64,000 nt of DNA from positions 32,001 to 96,000 of the IMG/VR virus record IMGVR_UViG_3300008952_002784, one strand, 5' to 3'. The DNA comes from a virus. Positions 9,918 to 19,147 of this stretch are shown here, in pieces (position 1 is the first letter of the stretch; every line of letters begins with the position of its first letter). Under the pieces are notes generated by a model, which saw nothing but the letters and a program-made list of their open reading frames with translations, was not told the DNA's origin and ran no database searches. The position numbers were made by a program, and so were the translations under genes.

Positions 9918-11033
9918 ATGGCAAATCCAAAAGAGTGGTCTAATGACTATAACGGATTTAATGACTGGAAAATACTACTTCACAAGGACAAACTAGAAGG
10001 TTGTGCTACTGGCGATCTTTTAGCACCAATTGCTGTTGATACTGATCCAAGCAATATATGTCAACAGAGGTGTATATATTGTAACGCATATGACTATAGA
10101 GACAAGTCGGGATTTGAAAACATGCCGCCAGGTCACCTACTTAAGTTAGCAGATTTTTATGCAGATTGGGGTGTAAAAAGTACATGTATCGCCGGCGGCG
10201 GCGAGCCGTTAGTTAATAAAGATACTCTGCAAATGATTCCAAGACTTCATAAGCATAATATAGAGGTCGGAATGATTACAAATGGAGCTCTATTAGATGA
10301 AAGATATGCTGAAGAGCTTACTAACGGTGCTAGATTTTGTGGCATTAGTATTGACGGCACCAACGAAGAGACATACAAGAGAATGCGAGGGCAAAACCAC
10401 TACAAGCAAGTTGTGAAAAATGTCACTCACTTGAATGAGACTAAATATAGAAAAGGCAGTAAGCTAGATACTAACTTAAAATTTCTAATTCATCCATTCA
10501 ATTATGAAGAAACTTATAAGATAGCCAAGTTAGCAAAAGATACGGGTTGCGACGGCGTGCACATCCGTCCTGCAGGCTTAGAAAATATCCCGGGAGTGGT
10601 AGACTATCTCAAACCAGAAAACAACCCGGGCTTTGACATCGATGAATACATGAAAATAACACTGGAACACATTGAAAAAGCATATGAACTAGAAGATGAA
10701 AATTTCAAAGTGTATGCTGTAAGACACAAGTTTGGCAAAAACTTCAAAAGAGTAGTCAAATTTGACTCATGCAAGGCCACACCGCTCTCGGGTGTCTTTG
10801 GTGCAGACGGTTGGTTCCACATATGCTTTAGCATGCGCGGAAGAAAAGGCTTTAGATTAGCACGTCATTATCCCGACCCATGGGAAATAATGAGAGTGTG
10901 GGGATCAGAAGATCATATGAAGCTGATAAATGATATTCAGCCTGATAAGTGTATGCGATGTGCATTTACGCGATATAATGAAGTAATTGAGAACGTAATT
11001 GAAAAAGACAAAATATTTGGAAACTTTATTTGA
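9918..11033 (+). CDS. Radical SAM protein with C-terminal Twitch/SPASM-like cysteines
   Basis: CxxxCxxC 'CQQRCIYC', 'GGGEPL', 'ITNG', 'GISIDG'; C-terminal 'CKA...HIC...CMRC'; SD AAGGAG. Confidence 0.9.
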   Translation: MANPKEWSNDYNGFNDWKILLHKDKLEGCATGDLLAPIAVDTDPSNICQQRCIYCNAYDYRDKSGFENMPPGHLLKLADFYADWGVKSTCIAGGGEPLVNKDTLQMIPRLHKHNIEVGMITNGALLDERYAEELTNGARFCGISIDGTNEETYKRMRGQNHYKQVVKNVTHLNETKYRKGSKLDTNLKFLIHPFNYEETYKIAKLAKDTGCDGVHIRPAGLENIPGVVDYLKPENNPGFDIDEYMKITLEHIEKAYELEDENFKVYAVRHKFGKNFKRVVKFDSCKATPLSGVFGADGWFHICFSMRGRKGFRLARHYPDPWEIMRVWGSEDHMKLINDIQPDKCMRCAFTRYNEVIENVIEKDKIFGNFI

Positions 11034-11042
11034 GGGTATGTT

Positions 11043-11762
11043 ATGAAAGAAAAAACGCAATACAATGTTTGGCCTGTAGGAAAGCTACCCAAAGAGTGGC
11101 AGCGAACAGAATTAGATGATCTTAGTGCAGCTGGATATCACTTAGACGATCCACGAGATGCTGTTGATATATTTGAAAAAAAGCTGGCAGAATTTGCTGG
11201 TAGCAAGTATGCAGTAACAGTTGACTGTTGTTCAAATGGATTGTTCTTAGCATTGAAGTATTATAATGCCAAGGGTGTGATCACAATACCCTCACGAACA
11301 TATGTTTCAACACCGATGCAAATTTTGCATGCTGGTTGTCAAGTTCAATTCGAAGATTACGAATGGTCAGGTGTATACCATCTATCACCATATCCTATAG
11401 TCGATGGTGCAGTTAGATTTACAAAAGACATGTACGTTCCCGGTACATTGCACGTAGTATCATTTCAAATTAAAAAACGACTGCCTATAGGCCGCGGCGG
11501 CGTAATATTGACAGATAATGAAGAAGAGTACAGATGGCTCAAGAAAGCGTCATATGACGGTAGAGATCTTACAAAAGCTTATATGGACGATGAATTTGAA
11601 ATGATAGGGTATCATATGTATATGACACCCGAAGATGCTGCGAGAGGGATATTGATAATGGATCAACTGCCTCTTGAGAATGAAGATACTGGGTGTTCGA
11701 AAAATTACTCTAACTTATCAACTAAAAAAGTATTTATGAACCATGATAACGTGCGAAATTAA
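11043..11762 (+). CDS. DegT/DnrJ/EryC1/StrS PLP-dependent sugar aminotransferase (short form)
   Basis: 'FEKKLAEFAGSKYAVTVDCCSNGLFLAL'; catalytic-Lys motif 'SFQIKKRLPIGRGGVILTD'; 'GYHMYM'. Confidence 0.85.
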   Translation: MKEKTQYNVWPVGKLPKEWQRTELDDLSAAGYHLDDPRDAVDIFEKKLAEFAGSKYAVTVDCCSNGLFLALKYYNAKGVITIPSRTYVSTPMQILHAGCQVQFEDYEWSGVYHLSPYPIVDGAVRFTKDMYVPGTLHVVSFQIKKRLPIGRGGVILTDNEEEYRWLKKASYDGRDLTKAYMDDEFEMIGYHMYMTPEDAARGILIMDQLPLENEDTGCSKNYSNLSTKKVFMNHDNVRN

Positions 11763-12543
11763 ACATGTCATAGTCGACTCTCCAAATACGACTACACAAA
11801 ATAGAGGCTTAGGGAACAGATTGTTCAAAGTTTGCGCAACTTTATCACATGCAATTGACTGTAATGATAGAGCAGTTTTCCCAGATTTGAAAGATGATGT
11901 TCATGCAGAAACTATATTTAGAAACTTAGATCTCGGTGAAGATAAATCATTCGTTGAGCATCGTCACAACTGGTTTAAGCCCGGCTTCTGTAAGATCCCA
12001 ATTGTGCAGAATCTAGAACTAGCCGGCGATTTTCAATCATACAAGTACTTTGAGCATAATCAAGATCAAGTCTTGAAAGTCTTGAAACCATCATACAGTA
12101 CTGTAACTTACCTTAGAGAAAAATATTCTATACTAACCAAGCTTCCAACTGTTAGCATACATGTTCGTCGAGGTGACTATGTCAACAATCAAGATTCATA
12201 TGTACCTACAACTATAGATTACGTGAAAAAATCTCGGGAAAGATTTAGTGATATGTACACATTTGTGTATTTTAGTGATGACATAGAATGGTGTAGAGAA
12301 AATATGACAATGTCAGATAGAGATGTGTTTATTGAAGGTGAGACAGATGTGATGGATATGTACCTTATGTCTATGATGCACCACAATATTATTTCAAATA
12401 GCACGTTTTCGTGGTGGGCTGCGTATCTCAATAATAATAAAACCAAAACCGTAATAGCACCCAAAACATGGTACGGTCAAAAAATGTCAGACTGGCACAT
12501 AGATGATCTAATTCCACCCCAGTGGACGATGATAGACAATTAA
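11743..12543 (+). CDS. GT11 alpha-1,2-fucosyltransferase-like glycosyltransferase
   Basis: 'GLGNRLF', 'GDFQSYKYF', 'SIHVRRGDYV', 'FSDDIEWC', 'ISNSTFSWWAAYL'. Confidence 0.9.
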   Translation: MITCEIKHVIVDSPNTTTQNRGLGNRLFKVCATLSHAIDCNDRAVFPDLKDDVHAETIFRNLDLGEDKSFVEHRHNWFKPGFCKIPIVQNLELAGDFQSYKYFEHNQDQVLKVLKPSYSTVTYLREKYSILTKLPTVSIHVRRGDYVNNQDSYVPTTIDYVKKSRERFSDMYTFVYFSDDIEWCRENMTMSDRDVFIEGETDVMDMYLMSMMHHNIISNSTFSWWAAYLNNNKTKTVIAPKTWYGQKMSDWHIDDLIPPQWTMIDN

Positions 12544-12600
12544 GGCGTAATCTTTGACAGTACTGCATATATTATAGTCTTTAAAGGAAAGTGAGGACAA

Positions 12601-13329
12601 ATGCGCTTAGTCAAAGATCAAAACGGAATAAAGTATTACAAGTATGATGATGTCAAATACCCGTTTGTGAAGATAGTTACAGATTTTTTCAATATTGAAA
12701 ATCTAGAGGATTTACACAATATAATTCCCAAAGATTCTATAAATCAGATAAAAAACGAATTATTCACAAATGAAAACGATGCTCATACTCTTTTACATAG
12801 TCTCTTTTACAAGAAGTTAAATGAGGGTTGGCCAGAGCTAGTTGATGCTTATCACCGCTTCATAAAAGATGTCATGACTGATATTATGGGAACAAATGAT
12901 TTAATTTATCAATCATTCCCATCATTCAGAATTCAATTTCCAGATAATATTGCAGTTGGAGGAAATCCAGGAGACACTAAAGAAGAGTACGGTTGGCATA
13001 AAGATTCTGACCCTGGGTATAATCACCCAATAGTTGAAAAAAACTTTATAATACCCCTTACTAGATCTCGTGATACAGCATCTGTATATATTGAGACAGA
13101 CCCGGGAACAAGAGAATATTATCCAGCTATTATGAATCCAGGCGAGATTTTTAATTTCAGGGGTTCAACATGCCGACACGGAAACAAAAAAAATGAATCT
13201 GGAAAGTGTCGTGTAAGTTTTGACTTTAGAGTGATCTTACCAGACGATTACGACGAAAATTATGTAAAAAATTCTAAGCTAAGTACAAAGAAATTTACTG
13301 TAGGGGAATATTATGAAAGAACAATCTAG
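12601..13329 (+). CDS. StrG-like / 2OG-Fe(II) dioxygenase-fold protein
   Basis: HxD 'WHKDSD..YNHP..EKNFIIPLT' and distal His 'HGNKKN...RVSFDFRV'. Confidence 0.7.
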   Translation: MRLVKDQNGIKYYKYDDVKYPFVKIVTDFFNIENLEDLHNIIPKDSINQIKNELFTNENDAHTLLHSLFYKKLNEGWPELVDAYHRFIKDVMTDIMGTNDLIYQSFPSFRIQFPDNIAVGGNPGDTKEEYGWHKDSDPGYNHPIVEKNFIIPLTRSRDTASVYIETDPGTREYYPAIMNPGEIFNFRGSTCRHGNKKNESGKCRVSFDFRVILPDDYDENYVKNSKLSTKKFTVGEYYERTI

Positions 13330-14077
13330 TATTCCAAAAATAACAATAATCACACCTACTCACTACCGCCCGGATTTGTTGAGGAGATGTATACAATCAG
13401 TGCAATTGCAGACTTTTAATGAATATGAGCACATAATCGTTGCAGATCATTGTCCGTATGCATTCAGTGTTTATAAAGAATTTGCATCTGACAAAAGAAT
13501 ACGTTTTATAAACAATGAGCAACCACATGTACCAAATGTAGGTTCTGTTGGAAAAAATATCGGTGTAAATAATGCGAAGTCTGACATTATCGCATATTGT
13601 GATGATGATAATGTTCTACTACCTAATCATACACAGGTAATATGGGAAACAATGAGCAAACATATATGTGATGTAATGTACACACAGTACTATCATGTTA
13701 CGATAGGTAAGGGTGATGGAATGATTGAGAAGATTGTCGATCGAGATATAGATGATTATTCTGGATATGACCATATTGGAAATACAGATAATCTTAACAT
13801 GGCACATACACTCGATGCTTTGACAAAGTATGGGTCGTGGAAAAGAGATTCACCAGGCAGCAGAGATGGGGAAGATACAGAATTGATGAAACGATTTGAA
13901 AAATCAGGAGCTGTTATAAGATACGTTGACATACCGACGTGTGTGTATTATGCCAGATCCGCATGTATTATTGATGATAGAGAGTACAAAAATAAACTTC
14001 AAAATCTTCCAATTAATGAATATTATGTATTTTGTCAATCGCATGAAAAAAATTCTAATCACATAAAATCGAATTGA
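13313..14077 (+). CDS. GT2-family glycosyltransferase
   Basis: 'ITIITPTHYRPDLLRRCIQSVQLQTF..YEHIIVAD', 'IAYCDDDN', 'GEDTEL'. Confidence 0.9.
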   Translation: MKEQSSIPKITIITPTHYRPDLLRRCIQSVQLQTFNEYEHIIVADHCPYAFSVYKEFASDKRIRFINNEQPHVPNVGSVGKNIGVNNAKSDIIAYCDDDNVLLPNHTQVIWETMSKHICDVMYTQYYHVTIGKGDGMIEKIVDRDIDDYSGYDHIGNTDNLNMAHTLDALTKYGSWKRDSPGSRDGEDTELMKRFEKSGAVIRYVDIPTCVYYARSACIIDDREYKNKLQNLPINEYYVFCQSHEKNSNHIKSN

Positions 14078-14093
14078 CAAAGGTAATAAAAAT

Positions 14094-15071
14094 ATGAAAA
14101 AAAAGAGAGCACTAATCACCGGAATTACAGGACAAGACGGAAGTTACCTTTCAGAATATTTAATATCACAAGGCTATGATGTTTTTGGAATGGTGAGACG
14201 CCAGTCTGTTGCAGAAAATCAGAATACTAGAATCTACAATCTACAGCAAAGTAGTGACATTACAACATATTACGGCGATATGCTCGATGCGCCATCACTT
14301 ATAAGGATAGTGTCAGAGGTCAAACCAGATGAAATATATAATTTAGCTGCTATGAGTCACGTTAGAATTAGCTTTGATGTACCATCTTTTACGATCAAGA
14401 CTAACGGAATTGGCGTTTTGAATTTGCTAGAAGCATATAGGTTGTTTGCCCCAGAAGCTAAATTTTATCAAGCTAGCTCGTCTGAAATGTTTGGAAACTC
14501 AGTTGATGATGACGGGTGTCAAAGACTTACAACCCCTATGAATCCAGTAAGTCCTTACGGTTGTGCTAAGGTTATGGGCTACAATTTAGTTAGACACTAT
14601 AGACATGCATACGGACTTCATGCTTGTAATGGGATTCTTTTTAATCATGAGTCGCCACGAAGAGGATCAAATTTTGTCACAAATAAGGTTGTCAAGACTG
14701 CAGTACAAATTCATAAAGGCTTACGTGACAATTTAGAACTGGGAAATATGGATTCAAGTAGAGATTGGGGGCATTCAAAAGACTATGTAAGAGCTATGCA
14801 CATGATAACAAATCATGATAAGGCATCTGACTTTATTGTAGCAACCGGAAAGACTCACACGGTTAGAGACTTGTGTGAATATGTATTTACTAAGCTGGAT
14901 ATGGACTATAGAGAGTACGTAACTCAGAACCCTAAGTATATGAGGCCGGAAGAGTTGAAGTACCTCAGAGGTGATTCTCAGCTTACTAGAGATACTCTGG
15001 GTTGGGTACCAGACTACACATTTGAGTCAATGCTTGATGAGATGATATCATCATGGATGGAAAAACTTTGA
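14094..15071 (+). CDS. gmd: GDP-mannose 4,6-dehydratase
   Basis: 'ALITGITGQDGSYL', 'PDEIYNLAAMSHV', 'YQASSSEMFG', 'NGILFNHESPRRG', 'RDWGH'. Confidence 0.95.
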   Translation: MKKKRALITGITGQDGSYLSEYLISQGYDVFGMVRRQSVAENQNTRIYNLQQSSDITTYYGDMLDAPSLIRIVSEVKPDEIYNLAAMSHVRISFDVPSFTIKTNGIGVLNLLEAYRLFAPEAKFYQASSSEMFGNSVDDDGCQRLTTPMNPVSPYGCAKVMGYNLVRHYRHAYGLHACNGILFNHESPRRGSNFVTNKVVKTAVQIHKGLRDNLELGNMDSSRDWGHSKDYVRAMHMITNHDKASDFIVATGKTHTVRDLCEYVFTKLDMDYREYVTQNPKYMRPEELKYLRGDSQLTRDTLGWVPDYTFESMLDEMISSWMEKL

Positions 15072-15973
15072 TAACATTTATTGGTATGAAAGCTAGATCC
15101 TCTGGTCAAGTCAGAGGAATTCAAATGTGTGCACCGGTAGGAGGCAATTTTTATGACACTGATACAAGATCATTTGTAGGTCAATCCGGATTTCATAAGA
15201 CAATTGTGTTTGTAAGAAGCTTTGAACCAGGACTAGCTCACCAGCTTAGACAGCGAGGACATATCATTGGGTTTGATATAATTGATCAGCCGGTCGCAAT
15301 ATTACACAAACTACAAAAGAAGAATCCCGAAGCAGACGAAATCGATTGGTCAACTCTGTCGCATGGTCTTATTGATTTTTACATAGTCAATAACACAAAA
15401 TCTAAGGATAGACTAGCAGATCACATCACATCGTCGCAGAAAGTATACGTTATTCCACACCATGCTGCAACATATAATTTAGTCACACGAGATGACAGAG
15501 TACCGGCGACAGTTGGTTATGTAGGTCTACCAGATCAGATAGATTGCTTAGACAAAATTAGAATTCATGTTGAAAGCTTGGGATTATCTCTATTTACAGG
15601 CCATCCATCATCTAGAGAAGAATGCTGCGAAATGTTAGAAGGAATTGATATAGGTATAATATTTCTAGAGAGGAACAAAAGAACAACATACGTTTTAGAT
15701 TATAAACCAAACCAAAAGCTTTCGAATTTTCAATGCTTTGGTATTCCCACAATAGCGTGCAATTATAATAGCTTTCATGAATTTGGTGATAACGCGTTTA
15801 TATCTGTAGAATCTATAGACGATGTTATGAGTTCTCTGACTCAACTATGCTCATCTACAGATATGAGAGTTGACTTACGTAAAAAAGGGTACAAAGCTGG
15901 AGAGAATCTTCTTATATCTGCTGTCTCTTCTAAATACAAGGATATGATAAATGAAGTCCAAACAAAACAATAG
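15053..15973 (+). CDS. Putative divergent GT-B glycosyltransferase
   Basis: 'SSGQVRG' N-terminus, 'VGYVG', 'YKPNQKLSNFQCFGIPTI' resembling the GT-B donor-binding segment. Confidence 0.5.
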   Translation: MDGKTLITFIGMKARSSGQVRGIQMCAPVGGNFYDTDTRSFVGQSGFHKTIVFVRSFEPGLAHQLRQRGHIIGFDIIDQPVAILHKLQKKNPEADEIDWSTLSHGLIDFYIVNNTKSKDRLADHITSSQKVYVIPHHAATYNLVTRDDRVPATVGYVGLPDQIDCLDKIRIHVESLGLSLFTGHPSSREECCEMLEGIDIGIIFLERNKRTTYVLDYKPNQKLSNFQCFGIPTIACNYNSFHEFGDNAFISVESIDDVMSSLTQLCSSTDMRVDLRKKGYKAGENLLISAVSSKYKDMINEVQTKQ

Positions 15974-16799
15974 ACTTTTAGTCGGTTATCTATCTTTTAT
16001 CAATGAAGATAACAGCAAAAGAAGGCAGTCTGTTTTTGACAGTACATTTCCGACATTAGAAAATCTAAGATCTCAACCTTGTGACATTCTAAGTGTTGAT
16101 AATAATTCTTTGAATGAAGTAACAAACAAAATAAAAGAATCAGGGCTTTTTCGATATTATCTTCACTTTGACAAGAATTACTATGACACTGCAGTCATAT
16201 ATTGTTCTGCAAAGCTAGCACAAGACAAGGGTTATCCGTATGTCATGTACATGTATGATGATTTTCATGTATACGATAATGATTTTGTAAAAGATTGTTT
16301 AGATTTTATGGATATGAATACTAACATACACTGTCTCAGAGTACCATCATATGACTATTGTGCCTCTGAAAAATTTGATCCGACCTACACACCCAAAAGT
16401 GTAAACCCGGATTCTGTAAGACACTATAATACTGTGACTAACGAAAAATTGAAATGGTCAGATCCCATACATGTAGGATCAAAGACATTCTATTATAACA
16501 ATTGGCATTATACATCTCGTCCAACTATATGGAGAACTGATACGCTCATGACCTTGTTCAATGGTGTCAATGAAATTCCTATTCTCAACATGTTTGAGAG
16601 ACATGCAACACATACACTGACTAGATTGCCGCTAGTAACTGGTGTTCTAGATAAGGGTGTCATGCACACTGTAATGCAAAGTGAAAGAATACGCCTCGTG
16701 GAAAAAGATAGAATCGATCTCAAAATAAGAGTAAATAAAATAGAAATTCAGCACGAATATGAACAAAAGATCAGAGACATACAAGGGAACACAGAATGA
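15951..16799 (+). CDS. Putative GT2-like glycosyltransferase
   Basis: 'ILSVDNNS', 'YVMYMYDDF', 'RPTIWR'. Confidence 0.55.
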   Translation: MKSKQNNRLLVGYLSFINEDNSKRRQSVFDSTFPTLENLRSQPCDILSVDNNSLNEVTNKIKESGLFRYYLHFDKNYYDTAVIYCSAKLAQDKGYPYVMYMYDDFHVYDNDFVKDCLDFMDMNTNIHCLRVPSYDYCASEKFDPTYTPKSVNPDSVRHYNTVTNEKLKWSDPIHVGSKTFYYNNWHYTSRPTIWRTDTLMTLFNGVNEIPILNMFERHATHTLTRLPLVTGVLDKGVMHTVMQSERIRLVEKDRIDLKIRVNKIEIQHEYEQKIRDIQGNTE

Positions 16800-17518
16800 A
16801 AGGAATAATCCTTGCAGGTGGAACCGGATCAAGGCTTTCACCTTTGACAAAAGTGACAAATAAACACTTATTACCTGTTGGTCAAAAACCAATGATAATT
16901 CACAGCGTAGATAAGCTAGTATCTGCGGGAGTCACTGACATTATGGTTATCACAGGCACAGAGCATATGGGTGACATGATAACACTTTTGGGAAGTGGTA
17001 GAGATTATAAATGTAGCTTCACATTTAGAGTACAAGATAAGCCTGACGGAATAGCGGGAGCTTTACTGCTTTGCGAAAATTTCTCAAACAACGACAATAT
17101 TGTTGTAATATTGGGTGACAACATATTTGAAGATAATTTGCTTGACATTATAACTCAATTTGACTCACGTGACAACAGTGTAAGTACATGTCTTCTTTGT
17201 CTCAAAGAAGTTGATGATCCGACTAGATTTGGTGTACCTGAAATCTTTGAGAATAAAGTAATTCGAATCGTAGAAAAACCCGTAAAACCCCCAAGCAATT
17301 ATTGTGTAACTGGAATATACATTTATGATAATAATGTCTTTGATTATATTAGAGATTTGCAAAAATCAGAAAGGGGTGAGTACGAAATAACTGACGTCAA
17401 TAATGTGTATATTTCATCTGGTGAAGCACTATCTTATTCTCTCACTGGCCAGTGGACTGATGCAGGAACTCATGAATCATATTATTGCGCTAACAAACTA
17501 ATGAGTGAACTACAATGA
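16796..17518 (+). CDS. rmlA: Glucose-1-phosphate thymidylyltransferase (short RmlA/SpsI type)
   Basis: 'MKGIILAGGTGSRLSPLT...NKHLLPV', 'ILGDNIF', 'EKP', 'SERGEYEITD', 'WTDAGT'. Confidence 0.9.
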   Translation: MKGIILAGGTGSRLSPLTKVTNKHLLPVGQKPMIIHSVDKLVSAGVTDIMVITGTEHMGDMITLLGSGRDYKCSFTFRVQDKPDGIAGALLLCENFSNNDNIVVILGDNIFEDNLLDIITQFDSRDNSVSTCLLCLKEVDDPTRFGVPEIFENKVIRIVEKPVKPPSNYCVTGIYIYDNNVFDYIRDLQKSERGEYEITDVNNVYISSGEALSYSLTGQWTDAGTHESYYCANKLMSELQ

Positions 17519-18330
17519 ATCGACTAGTATTCGGAACAGGAAAAGTAGCAAGTCAATTAAGAAGATCTGACACAACTCTAATATCACACAAAGAGTGTGA
17601 TATCACAGATAGATCTTCAGTTGAAAAATATATTGTTGATATCATGCCAGATATTGTTATAAACTGTGCTGCAAAAACCAATTTAGAATACTGTCAGGAA
17701 AATAGATTTGAAGCATACAATGTTAATACTGTAGGACCACTAAATATTCTCAGTATATGCGCAAAATTAGGAATCAAATACGTTCATATTAGCAGCGGTT
17801 GCTTATTTGATGGCAATGATACAGAGTCATATGAAGACAGTATCCCAACACCCAAGGTGTGGTATACATGGACTAAGAAATGGGCTGATGAACAAATAAC
17901 AGAGTTTGGGTATGAAAATTATCTAATACTTCGCCCTAGACAATTAATATCTGCTGTATCATATCCATCAAATCTGATTACAAAGTTTATTTCCATGGAT
18001 TACATACCTGCAATTGATGAGATAAACTCAATCACATGCATAGAAGATTTTATTGACATGATGAATCACTTGATAGTCAATGACTGTACAGGAATATACA
18101 ATACAGCAAATTCTGGTCATATAACACCATATGATATTGCAATAATGATAAAGCAAAAAATCAAACCAGATCTTGAAGTAATAAAAACTGACTATGAAGA
18201 GCTCCTTGAGATATTACCAAATCGTAGAGTAAATACTCTCCTGAACATTGATAAGTTGCTAGCCACGGGTTACAAAGGAAGATCAGCAATTGAAGCATTG
18301 AATTGGTGTCTAGACAAATATGAAGACTAA
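17515..18330 (+). CDS. dTDP-4-dehydrorhamnose reductase-like SDR (RmlD-like)
   Basis: 'CDITD', 'PDIVINCAAKTN', 'VNTVGP', 'VHISSGCLFDG', YxxxK 'YTWTK'. Confidence 0.75.
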   Translation: MNRLVFGTGKVASQLRRSDTTLISHKECDITDRSSVEKYIVDIMPDIVINCAAKTNLEYCQENRFEAYNVNTVGPLNILSICAKLGIKYVHISSGCLFDGNDTESYEDSIPTPKVWYTWTKKWADEQITEFGYENYLILRPRQLISAVSYPSNLITKFISMDYIPAIDEINSITCIEDFIDMMNHLIVNDCTGIYNTANSGHITPYDIAIMIKQKIKPDLEVIKTDYEELLEILPNRRVNTLLNIDKLLATGYKGRSAIEALNWCLDKYED

Positions 18331-19147
18331 AACATCAGTATTTGGTGGGACAGGTTTTATAGGATCAAACTATGTAAATCTAAAACCAGACGAGTGTATT
18401 GTGATCCCAAGAGAATCCAGAAAGCCAATGTCTGATTCAATTCTCTACTTCATAAGTACAACACATAACTACCATGTGCTTGATGATGTTCATAAAGATG
18501 TCTCTACCAATTTGAGTGTCTTATTAGAAGTTCTAGAACAGTGCAAAGACAGAGACGTTGTATTTAATTTCATCAGCTCATGGTTTGTTTACGGTGATAC
18601 GACTTTGCCGGCATTAGAAACTAGCTGCTGTAAACCCAAGGGATTCTACTCTATCACAAAATTATGTGCTGAGCAGCTAATAGAATCTTTTTGTAAAACG
18701 TACAATATACATTATAGAATTCTACGTTTGTGCAATGTTTACGGCACAGGAGATATTCTTGCTTCTAAAAAGAAAAATGCTTTGCAGTATCTAATAGATC
18801 AGATAAAGTGTGACAAACCCATCGACTTATATCACGGGGGAGACTTTATAAGAGATTATCTTCATGTAACAGATGTTTGTCAAGCAATTGATTTAATTCT
18901 AAAAGAAGGCGACTTGGATCAGATTTATAATGTTGGCAGCGGAATTCCGCACAGGTTTCGTGATATGATTGATGAAGCAATTAATACTGTAAATTCAAAA
19001 ACAGTCATTACTGATGTCTCCCCACCAGATTTTCACAATATAGTTCAGGTAAAAGACATGTTTTTAGATACACAGAAATTAATCAATTTGGGATTTGAAC
19101 CAAAGATATCAATTAATGAAGGAATAAGTTTGTTATGTCAACCTTGA
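18320..19147 (+). CDS. NAD-dependent epimerase/dehydratase (extended SDR)
   Basis: 'FGGTGFIG', 'ISSWFVYG', 'YSITK', 'RLCNVYG', 'RDYLHV'. Confidence 0.85.
   Translation: MKTKTSVFGGTGFIGSNYVNLKPDECIVIPRESRKPMSDSILYFISTTHNYHVLDDVHKDVSTNLSVLLEVLEQCKDRDVVFNFISSWFVYGDTTLPALETSCCKPKGFYSITKLCAEQLIESFCKTYNIHYRILRLCNVYGTGDILASKKKNALQYLIDQIKCDKPIDLYHGGDFIRDYLHVTDVCQAIDLILKEGDLDQIYNVGSGIPHRFRDMIDEAINTVNSKTVITDVSPPDFHNIVQVKDMFLDTQKLINLGFEPKISINEGISLLCQP

Noticed and set aside
12554-12578. TTGACA...TATAGT promoter before the StrG-like gene
   Set aside because: The spacer is only 13 nt, so it is not supportable as a canonical sigma70 promoter
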